A stretch of 64,000 nucleotides of DNA from the NCBI GenBank assembly GCA_046563655.1, contig CM102290.1, forward strand, positions 2,666,001 to 2,730,000, written 5' to 3'. Both the position numbers and the translations under genes were made by a program. The notes beneath the pieces were generated by a model. The model saw only the letters and a list, made by a program, of their open reading frames with translations, ran no database searches and was not told the origin of the DNA. The stretch is from Yuukianura sp. NJ FZ-2021 (lineage: Eukaryota). Shown here piece after piece: positions 53,801 to 64,000 of the stretch (within the stretch, counting starts at the first letter, position 1; each line of letters opens with the position of its first letter).

Positions 53801-55083
53801 TAAGACACTTTTTTCGATAGTCGAAGGAAAAGGATTTGGAAGTGATGCCAAATTCTGCTTCTGTAAAACCAATTCCCTTAATCGACTCAAGAGCGTGTCA
53901 ATTCCTCCAGCCATTGTAAATTTTCCACGAGTTTTCCGTGCTCTCGGTATCGAATTGTAAAACAAAACTTGTCCCAACATTTCAATAAATTCCGCACCCA
54001 AAACAAAACTCCTCCAAAACCTCATATCAAACCAAGTAGTCCAAAAACCAAAACTTTAAGAGAAAAAAAATTGGCATTTTGGGGATTTCAATTTTTTGTT
54101 CAAACGGCGCTTATCCTCCTTTCGGCAAAAAAGATTCACTGGAAAGATTGGAAAAGTCTTTAGTTTGACTCCAGAAAGGATCCTGTGAGCTGAGCTTAAA
54201 GTGTTAAAAGTTCTCGTTAGTCAAGGCTCATTGCCTTGTGGTTCCAGAAAAAGTCATTTGGTAAACGGCGAGTAAAGCTAAAGTGCCACTAGGGCACAAT
54301 TATTTAAACGTCATCCAGCCATCTATTCTTCAAATCCTTTGCCCCTAAATGGTCAATCCTTAGGCAAACTATGACAAAACCTGAACATCATACTAGCCTA
54401 ACTGAGAGTGAACTGAGGCGTTCAAAATTATTTTTCAACTTTCAAAACTTCAACCTCGAAAATCTTTTTTTTTTCGAAACCTGAGAATAGGGAGAAAGTT
54501 TGAACTCTCGTGTGTGAATGATGCTTGGCATTCTAAATTCTTTAACTCTCTGCACAAACTTTCCTGTATTAAGATTAACGTTTTGTTAATAGTTGGTTCC
54601 CCCGTTACAGTGCAGAGCATGAAGCGGGAGCACAAGGCCGCTCGGACACTGGGCATCATCATGGGCGTCTTCATTTTGTGCTGGCTTCCATTTTTTACTT
54701 GGTACGTCGTAAGTACACTTTGTGGAGAAAAACGATGCCCTACACCCGACTGGGTAGTCGTCCTCGTCTTCTGGATTGGTTACTGCAACAGTAGTCTCAA
54801 CCCCATCATCTACGCAGTGAGTAACACCAAACATAACCTTAATCCCAGTTTACTTCAACCGCAAGTTAAAAGTCCGTTTTTTAACTTACAGTATTTTAAC
54901 CGCGACTTTCGTGAAGCATTCAAAGTTGTGCTCAACTCCGTCTTCTGCCACCGCTGCAAGGCTCTCAATCCCGATGGAGACTCCGAAAATGGACCACGGA
55001 TTTCCATTGCCTCATCCAATCCAAATCCACTTCCCTCCACTAGCAAAAATGCTCCTACCAATCGAACGGAGGACCCAGCGTAG
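32878..55083 (+). CDS. Octbeta1R: Beta-adrenergic-like octopamine receptor, about 368 aa; exons 32878-33265, 38757-38851, 40368-40513, 52480-52559, 54611-54816, 54892-55083
   Basis: [23 protein letters not shown] (Asp3.32), [54 protein letters not shown] (resembles the Octbeta1R third loop), [35 protein letters not shown]. All splice phases are consistent; AATAAA at 55305. Confidence 0.9.
39445..39895. mobile_element. Degenerate foldback/MITE-like element in receptor intron 2
   Basis: Left arm of GAATTAC/CCGAATGAATTTC motifs is mirrored on the right by GAAATTCATTCGG/GTAATTC; central GC hairpin CCGCGCC-TTC-GGCGCGG at 39640-39656. Confidence 0.6.
52639..52970. mobile_element. MITE remnant with AATCCGGAT subterminal repeats, receptor intron 4
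   Basis: Multiple (A)ATCCGGAT(T) motifs clustered at both ends. Termini match poorly and no TSD was identified. Confidence 0.5.
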
Positions 55084-56633
55084 ACGTGTTTCTAGCTGAC
55101 GCAGGATCACTAAATAACGTAAATACGAGCGCCAAAAACCCATCAAATCATAATTCAAAATAAGTTAACGACAACCCTAGGAGTTAGTTGGAACTGACTA
55201 GTCCATCATTATCATCATCCTAACAAAATTCCCAACTATAAATCAATCCCCTCTAGAACATAAGTCTGTGACGGCATCCGTTTCTGCAAGGATCAAAACT
55301 TCTCAATAAACAAACCATGGCTTGCAAAAAGTCAAATTCTTACAAACTTTTCTGACGTTATTCTTAAAAATTTGAACTCAAACTGCACATTTTCAAAAAA
55401 AAAAAATACTCTGAAACGTTTTAAACCGAACAAATACAAATTCAAAAAATTTCCTTCTTCGATATTGGAAAAACTTCCGATCAGGTTTCACGTCTTTAAA
55501 AATAAAAAATTCTCAAGGTTTCGTAATATGAAAGTAAGTTTTAAACAAGTTTGTACCAAATAAAAAGTTTTAACCAAAACGGCATATACATTTTGTTTAA
55601 GTTCGCCAAAAAATCTCCAAATTCTTCTGTTTTCTTTTTTTTAGAGTTTTTTTCTTTATCCATTTCAATTTCTTTTAGCAAACCCAGAAGATGAGTAGAA
55701 AAAGAGGCCATAGAAGCCATTTTTAATCATGTTGATCTCCAACTTTTGATAGTACTCATAATCCATTTTCCCCGTTTTGTTACGCTTAATTCCTGACTAA
55801 ACTCTGAGATTAAAATCTAAAACGCAAGGTGATTAAGCTCTGGCAAACACACTTATTAGGGCGCATTGAAGTGGTGAGACTAAGTATATTCCCGGTGGAG
55901 AGACTCTGAACTTCCAGAGGTTGGCATAGTTATCTGGATCAGTGCTCCTCCTGCCCGTGCTTTTCAGAGGGAGAAAAGAGGAAGTGAAAGCAGTTTAGGA
56001 AGAAGTTCCACGGAAAGTCTGCTGGCTTTCGGCCAGTTCATTATTACGAAAACTAAACTACTACCAAAGACCAAAAATCAATTTAAATGCAAATCCCATT
56101 CTCGCTTTCCTGCTAATTCCTTTCTACGAAGATCAAAACTCAAAGGATGGAATTCACCCAAACACGAGTCCTCACAAACATGAACAGAGCCTTTTGTTTT
56201 TGCTTTTCAAAACCTAAAACACCAGTAGCCCTCTGAACTACGAGTTCCTAACTACTAAAAATTGAATTAGGACTTGTTTCTCATCTCCCACTGGAATTTG
56301 AGTCCCTCTGGGTCTGGACCTGCCATTCCCGCATCCACTTCGTCCTCATAACACGATTATACTTTCACTCTCATTATCCCATAAACAGGCTCTGTTTGGA
56401 GAGGCCTTGATGACTCCAGTCTCTGCCTAGGACCGAAAAGTACTTCAAAGTGAGAAAGTTCCATGACTTTTGAATTGGAGATCATGTATACGGGGGGTCG
56501 TTTGTTTGAGAGATTGGGGGGAGGACCACTAGAGACTTCTTAAGGCCCCTCTCCTTTATTATGCTTTTCCCAAAATCTAAGTTAGTGGCTCAGGGGGTGA
56601 GGGAAATGGCAGAGTTCAGCTCAAAAGATCCAC

Positions 56634-59600
56634 TTAGCCCTCATCAATTGTCTCTTGCTCAGTCAGGGGAAGGTCCAAAACTCTCCAAAAACTTTGTCGC
56701 CTGAGCCACTTCCTCTTCATGTCGTCGTTGTCTAGTCTGAAGGACACTACACAAAAAGTTTGGACGTTTCCAGCCAAGCCAGCTCCTTCTCCCGCCTGCC
56801 CACCCATCTTCAACTCGACCTCACTCACCGAAACTGTTTACTCCGAATAGACATTTCTCCGGGCATAAAACTCTATTCAATTCCCTGGGATTTATTTCCA
56901 CAACTCCTATCACCCACCCCCTCCAAACATTCTCCCACCACCGCCCAAACTCTTAAACTCAAAGAAGAAAGGTTTGCAGAAAAGTGCCATGAAAGTTATG
57001 AGCTCCCGTCTCCTCATTACACAAGGGAAGAGAAAAGTCTTGAGGCCAACCGGAGAAGAAGCGTAAGAAAAAACTTTACAAACAAACCTTCTCGCACTAT
57101 TGGCATGCCAGAAGAGACTATAGAGGCAGAGGGAGTGGGAACAAGGACGAAAAAGAAAAACTTTTGCATTTATTTCCAGAAGAAAATAATGTTTCCATCA
57201 TCTCTAGTTTCCCTTCAACAAAAAAAAAGTACAGGGATGCTCCAAAAAATCCTGGCAATCAGAGATCCAATTTAAGAAGAAAAGAAGAAGAAGAAGCAAA
57301 GAGAATGTCTCGTCGTCTTTTAAATGTGCTTTCTCTTCGCACTTTCCTTTCCGTCAGCCCAGAAAGAAGCCCTCCAACCACCTCACGTCCCTATGTCCAA
57401 ATACCCTCAAATTGTAAAAGTTAAGGGCTCCTCTGGCTCCGCCATTCACTTTCCCTTTTATCAAATCCGAAAACAATAAAAAGTTCCATGGAGAAAATGG
57501 CGGGAGGTGCAAAGAAAGTGAATGGGAGAGAAGTTGAGCATAGCATTATCCTATTAAAACTTTTCAAATTCACTCCATCTCTCTCCCTCCAAAACTCCCT
57601 TAATCTCATAACCAAAAGGAAAGGTCCTGCTCCTGGCTACGTTTTCTTCTTCTTCTTTCCAAAAAACTAAAGAAAATGGGGATCGTACGATGTTGTAAAG
57701 TAAACTACTACGTGACACTTCAAGTCCCCCCATCCTGCCCCTTGAGAACCAAAAAAGACTTTCTCTAGAGACCTGATTGAACGTAACTTTACTAAACTTA
57801 GAGAGTCACAGTGACCACTACTACAACTACTTGGGCTGAGCAATTGAAAAAAAGTCGTCCATAATCTCGACAGCGTACTGATTCTTGGGACAAACTTCGG
57901 CTACCGTCCACGTCCGGTGGTAAATTACATTGAGGAAGTTCCGAATGGACACAAAGAACGCCTCACGGTAGCTTCGACTAGCGTACATACAGAATGGAGC
58001 ATGTTCCTCCAGCGACTTCACATGAGTCAGCACTGGAAACAAACCAAGAATAGTCAACATTAATAGTTAACCACAAATCAAAATTATATTCAGGAAACAC
58101 AGGGAAATAAACTAGAGGAGGATGCAAGACGCAAACGCACATTCTCAAAAAATCATATTGGCAACTTGCTGCTGCCGGCACATGTTATATTTTAAAAAGA
58201 AACCAAAAGAGAAAGCACAAAATCCTCTCCAAAATTTATAACTTTAAAGCCAGTCCCTTTATACTTTGAAACTTTTTTTCACTTCTTCGTTTTTTTTTCT
58301 TCTAGAAATGAATATTGGAATAAGAGAAAACTAAAGCCAAAGAACTGTGCTTTTTTAACAGTTGAGTCAGCATAGTCTTCAAATTTTCTCCTCCTACATT
58401 TGATTTATCGTTCCTTCAAGGACTTTTCCATACAATTTCACTAATTTCAAAAAAAAAAAAACTTTTTTTAAACCCCTGCCCTGCTCCATCACCAACATTC
58501 AATTCTTTGCAATTCCACAACAACTTGTCCCCGTAACAAATTTGGCCATTAGTCCCAAAAAAATGCATACTCATGGATTTCTACATTTCAAAAATTTCAG
58601 CAAAAAGAAAAAAGCAAAAACACAACCGTATAAAAACTTCACAATAAAGCTGTACATGCTGTACAAAAGTGCTCCCATCTCGTATGGTTTGTAGTAAATG
58701 AAATGGTAAAAGCAAATTTAACAACAGGTCAATGTACAAGAGAAACTGGCAGCATTTTCAAAATTTGCAGCAGACATTACCATAGCCAACATTCTACATG
58801 TCCTGCACCAAAGTCACAGCATTCTTTCAACCAGTAAAAACCAAACAGTCTGTTCCACAGGGAGAAAGCAAAACTGCTGTCAAAATTCAGTAACTTCAAC
58901 CTAACCAAAAAAAAAATCCTTTCATAATTATCAAAGAAAAAAAACTTTGTGTTCATTTTCTGCCGTCGTTTACGGTTCTCATTATTTTTGGAAATTGGAG
59001 CAGCCTAGGAATCCGATTTCCAAAATCTCAATCAAAAGGCTATGCCGGGAGTCGACTATGAGCAGGAAGGAATTTTGAAAAACGCTGACAGAAATGTCGT
59101 ACTGGAATTCTACAAGTCCTTTTCATATCTTCCGCCTCTCAAATCTCTCCCTGACCAAATGCCCATTCATTTCGTTCTGCCCACAGAAATCAAATAAATC
59201 TGATTCCAAGTCCCTGATATGAAGAAAGAAGTCAAAGGGCCTCAAACCACAAGCTCTCCGTGTGACTTCTCTTCCCGCTCCTTCGGATGAAGAATGACGG
59301 CGTGCGAGTTTTTGAATGGTCTCTTGGGAAAATGAGATCCTAATAAAATGACGATAAAGACTTCAAAAGTGAGACATTGTGCAAGACCATGGACTCGCAA
59401 CCTTCCCGCATACTTAGCAACAAGGAAGCAAACATTCCATGCAATGTACTCAGCAAAACGTCAACTTAATAATGTCAACATTAAAACTATAGCTTCAAAA
59501 GCTCCCTGCCACACTGTCCAAAGTTGACACTCCCTTTGACCTAGTTCAGGTCTTCATCCCAAGAAAATTGAACTTTTTTTTGACAAAAGTTCACCGGTTT

Positions 59601-62600
59601 GTTTCATAAATGAAAAAAAATCTCAGTTTATGTTACATTCGTCAGCCTATACGCAGGTTAAAAGTTTCGAAAAGTACGCAAAATTCCTCAAATTAAGAAA
59701 AAAACAAACTTTCACAAGATCTCGCACAGCAAATCTACAAACATAAAATTGATTTTTATGAAAAGTTTTTGAAAGTGCTAGATAACAACTCTGCTAAACA
59801 AAAAACTAAATAAAAAAAAAAGAAAAAGAAAGAAAAAAATATATTTTTTCCTCAAGTCAAACACCGTTTTCATTTTCTTTTACAAAAAAAAAACTTTCGT
59901 CATTAAATTCTGTCACTTCTTTTAGCTCTCTCCCTTTGCCATTTTTAATTACTCCTTTCGCATTTTTCTATAGTAATTTCCCAGTAATCATTCTATTCTT
60001 TACATCACTTCTGTTACATTACTAAATGAGTGACATTCAAACCCACGCCTTCATCCTTTCAAACATTAATATTTAATTCTGTTTTCATTGACCAATCAAT
60101 TCCCAATCCCTTTCTGTTTTTGCACAATTCTTCTGCCTATCACAAGGCATTGCCTAAATTCAGTCGTTCCGTAATCATGCAATGTCGAAATATTAAAGAG
60201 TGCCAAGGTACGTTCCATTTGCGGTGTTCTGTGCTAGATATTAATACACAAAAGTTCATGTCGCATGCAGTCCACTCTTCTTGCATCGAAATGAAATGAC
60301 CCCAATTTTCAAAGTGGCTACCTTCTTCTTCCTCTCAGAAATGTTGCCACAACAAAAAGCCTCAAATCGAATTGGCAAAAAATTGCTTTTAAGCGTTTTG
60401 TGCTTTTAGCTTTCAGGATTACGCCGCAGGATGATAGTATAACCAAAACGAAAAAAAGAGAGAGAAAGGCTGAGGCGAAACAAAATATTTAAGCACCACA
60501 ATCAATTCAAATCCACTAAATAAATGGAATATGGCCTTTGCATTTTGAGGAATCAGTCCACCATGGTCGTAGATATTCCGATACACTTTTTTTTTAGATT
60601 TTCCGCACAAAGTGGATACTTACAGGCCCAAAATATAAGATAGAAGCAGAAAAAAAAAACTTGAGCGTTATGGTATTACTAGAAGCAAAATGAAAGAAAA
60701 AAATACTTACGGAACCATTCCTTCCACTCAGGAAATGGAATCAACTCCGGAGACATTTTCTCAAAGAATTCGGCTACTTTCTCCTTCCGATTCGCACGCG
60801 ACGCTTCCACAAGGTAAAACTTAAATAGCCCAAACTCGTACTTTTTCACAACTGCAAAAATCAAACGCAAAAATTAACGTCAAAAACTACTTATGATTAA
60901 AGTCCAATACAATGAAAACAAACTCCTGCTGCAGCTCCCCCGCTTTTCCAAAAGCCAAAACCACAAAAAGTCATGTTTTATTCATTGGCTCAAAACCCGT
61001 TTTCCAAAATACCACTCCAAAAAAGAGGTGAAAAAGAAATTAAAGGCACTCCAAAATTTGTCTCCTCATTTCAACAACTCAAGTCTTCTAATTAAAATAT
61101 TCCCAACCTCATTTCAACACTTGTAAAACTTTTTTTGAAAACCAAGGAGTAGAAGAGGTTGCGGGAACTTACGCTTCAACGGATTCTCTTTAATCTGATC
61201 CACCGTCAAAGCCGGCTTTGTCAACACTCTTCCTTTGAACGCTTTGCCCACATTTTACTAACATTCAGCAAATCTCATCACTCTTTTCCTTTTCCAAAAA
61301 AAAATAGTTAGAAAAAAACTTTTCCAAAATCTAAAATACAACATTGCAAAAGGAGCAACAGGCCAGTACTTTAGATTAAATTTAAAATGAGAAAAATAAG
61401 TTAGAAAGCTTCTACTTCGTGTTTTCCTCTAACTTTCACTTTTTCTAACCACGAGATTGACAGTTTTGATTCACTTTTTCAGAGATTTGAAGGTTACCAA
61501 AAACTGAGAACCACAAAAAAAAGTCTCCGAGAGAGTTCTAACTGCTTTCTATTATACCGTTTTCCAAGCCCCTCTGCAAAACCTTTCATCTGTTGAAAAA
61601 GAGAGGCAATAAAACTAAAAAAAGTGAAATCCTTTCCTGCCAGGGAATTCAATAATCTCCAGTCTCCTAGGTTTCTACAACCTCTCAACTTTCTCCTTTT
61701 TGCTTTCTATTTTTTTCAATAAAGAAAAGAAAAATAGACAAAAGTCCCAGTAATGTCCACTTTGAAAAGGCTCTCTTCTTCCGGCCAGAGTCACAGTGTG
61801 TGACTCACCAAATTTTGATTTGAATGTGAACCACTGCCCATGCTGGACTCAAACGAGGTCTGTTCGAAACTCAGTTATCTCCAAACTGTGTTCAAGTCCC
61901 CCCAGCCCTTGTCTCTGGCAGGAAAAGCGGGTAACGGGTGATTGAGATGTAAATTTGAAAGGGTTTCATCATTCCGGACGTCATCGCCTTTCCACATCCT
62001 GCGAATAGTGAAAGTGATGACTCTGCTCTTCCGTCTTTCTCTCTCTTCAAACCAAGGAGTCCCGCAGGAGATAAAGAAAATGACCATTTCATTGGATCTG
62101 GAGGCCATCTACAAAGAATTCATTACTCAATCATCCCCCTTCTTTCCTCCGCTTCCTCAAGACTTAGCGTTAGGCAGAAGTTGGGTCACTGTGATTCAGA
62201 ATCCAGAGACAGAGTTACAGAGAGAAAGAAAGAAAAGAGATGTAGAAGGTAGCCTTGGCACGGACGGAGACTTTGATTCAGGCAGGACGAGGACTGGTTG
62301 CCAACTTGCCACGGGGTTTAGACGAGGGAAGTTTCTGGTGCTGCCAACTAGTGGGAGAAGTCTCTTCGTCGGGTGATAAGTGTTAGGAGAGACCCGTCGA
62401 GAGACTTCCTGTCTCACCAGGGAAAACTGTCACCAACCTCAACTCTCCGACTTCTAACTTAAGAGAAAAATGAGAAAGGTGAGTGCCAAACGAGAACTTT
62501 TCTCAACTGATGATGACTTTCTGTGGTTCCTCCCGTCCTTGACTGCATCACAACATTTTGTTCCTCCCCCACGTACATTGTCGTCCTAAGCAAAGTTACC

Positions 62601-62902
62601 TCTCTGGAGGCTACCAAAACTAAAGTCTCGGGAAGAAGAAAGTAAAAAAAAGTAAAAGTAAAGACACCGAAATCTAACCCAGGAGCATGCCTAAGCAAAA
62701 GTACCGCCACGGAACAGCAAGTCAGGAGCAACAGCAGGAGGGCTCCAGCCTCTTCTTTTTGGAATCTCAAAAACTCACCCGCATTGTGTGAAGGTGGAAT
62801 GCGCGAAAAAAACTTTCCTTCAAGATAACTCCACAATTCCCGGAGTGAGTTCAGATCGGACGAGTCAACAAAGACCGATAAGTCCGACACAATTTTATCA
62901 AC
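56634..62902 (-). CDS. WDR91: WDR91-like protein (N-terminal domain), 5' end outside window; exons 62902-62779, 60851-60711, 58032-57831, putative last exon 56736-56634
   Basis: VDKIVSDL...DLNSLRELWSYLEGKFFSRI / GLFKFYLV...NRKEKVAEFFEKMSPEL...EWKEWF / F.MYASRSYREAFFVSIRNFLNVIY...EIMDDFFSIAQ resemble the WDR91 N-terminal region; splice phases are consistent. The last exon is tentative. Confidence 0.8.
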
Positions 62903-64000
62903 CTGCAAAAAAAATAAAAGAAAAGGAGTTAGAAATAGTAAGTTTGACAAAAAGAAAATCAAAATCAATAGAAAAAACACTTCCCCTTCACTTTTCCGTC
63001 TACCTTTCTTGCCCAACTTCCCCGCCCCCTTCATCAGCCAACGGAGAAAGTCAGAACCGGCCAAAAAAGAGGGTTTAACTCCCTGCCAACTTACTGAAAT
63101 TTTGACAAAGACAATGCTCCATTTCCTATACACTCCATCGTTACTACTAGTACAGAGAACCATTATCTTCATCAGATTCGTCCAAGTCTGCCATGAAAGA
63201 CCAAAATATGAACGCCTCTTTCTCTTTACTTTCTTCATACGTGTCAAATCTGTCCTTTACTCTCCCCTATCCCTCAGTGGATCCCACTCAACTTTGAGCT
63301 GGGACTTGCAAGGATTTCACGAGTTTATAACACTACAAAACTCAAACTTTTTTTGACGTGCAACGTCTTATGTCTAGCCGCTTACTCTCCCCTTTCATCT
63401 CCCGCACACTAATCGAAAATGTAGTCGGAGTTTTCATATGCCAAAAATACGCACTCAACTCATTGGATCAACACTCTACTAACTCAAAAAATGATTACAA
63501 AGATTTAAAAAAAACTCGTTATCATCTCTGAGCAAAGAATTTTCTTCAACTCTAAAAATATGACCTACAAATGTCACAAAAAAAAATCAAATTTCACAAT
63601 GAAAATTAATCAAATTCAGGAACATTTAGTTTAATTTCAGTTTCGCTCTGCATTTCCGATTCCTCTTAAGAAATTAGACGAGACAAAAGGAGAAAGTGGC
63701 TCTTGAGAAGAAAGCATACCTAAAAAAAAGCTTTTATATGAATTGAAAGGATTACGAAAAACGATTATTGAATACCCCACGTGAAAAGAAATGTAACTAG
63801 GACTACCGGTAAATTATAGACATAGAATGCCCACCATTTACTCTTTTCTTCCCCATAATATCTATGAATCTGAAAGGGATAATAATTCTGCCAATCGGTA
63901 TTATACTTCTCCTTTCTCCAATTTCTTTCTCCAGTGAAAGGCACAAGCCACACAAACACGACAAAGTGTTACACAATTCAAAGCTGTACAACATAAAAAA

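Noticed and set aside
55081..55100. Stop-codon readthrough of the receptor
   Set aside because: TAG-A is not a leaky context and another in-frame TAG follows after three codons.
62459..63247. 262-aa minus-strand ORF
   Set aside because: Only 62779-62902 looks coding (WDR91 exon with splice sites); the rest reads as intron, including a polypyrimidine tract.

Overview
Eukaryotic (arthropod-type) genomic DNA with GT-AG spliced genes; no prokaryotic features. The first 27 kb is a compact cluster with ~60-100 nt introns: FANCI (-), two unrecognised + strand genes (a 143-aa basic protein and a 304-aa coiled-coil protein), mRpL44 (-), an mRpL33/CINP-like pair (-), PRELID1 (-) and PARP1 (-). The rest holds a long-intron beta-type octopamine receptor (Octbeta1R-like, +) converging on a WDR91-like gene (-) that appears to stop before its WD40 domain. 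Several MITEs and repeats are present. Top finding: mRpL33 and the CINP-like ORF share an exon and overlap by ATGA (stop/start), which implies a bicistronic spliced mRNA; neither ORF appears in the supplied ORF track. Second: the 143-aa orphan has a LANA/IL-33-like (T/L)RSGR motif at both ends. Gene identities come from recalled family motifs and hand translation, not database searches.
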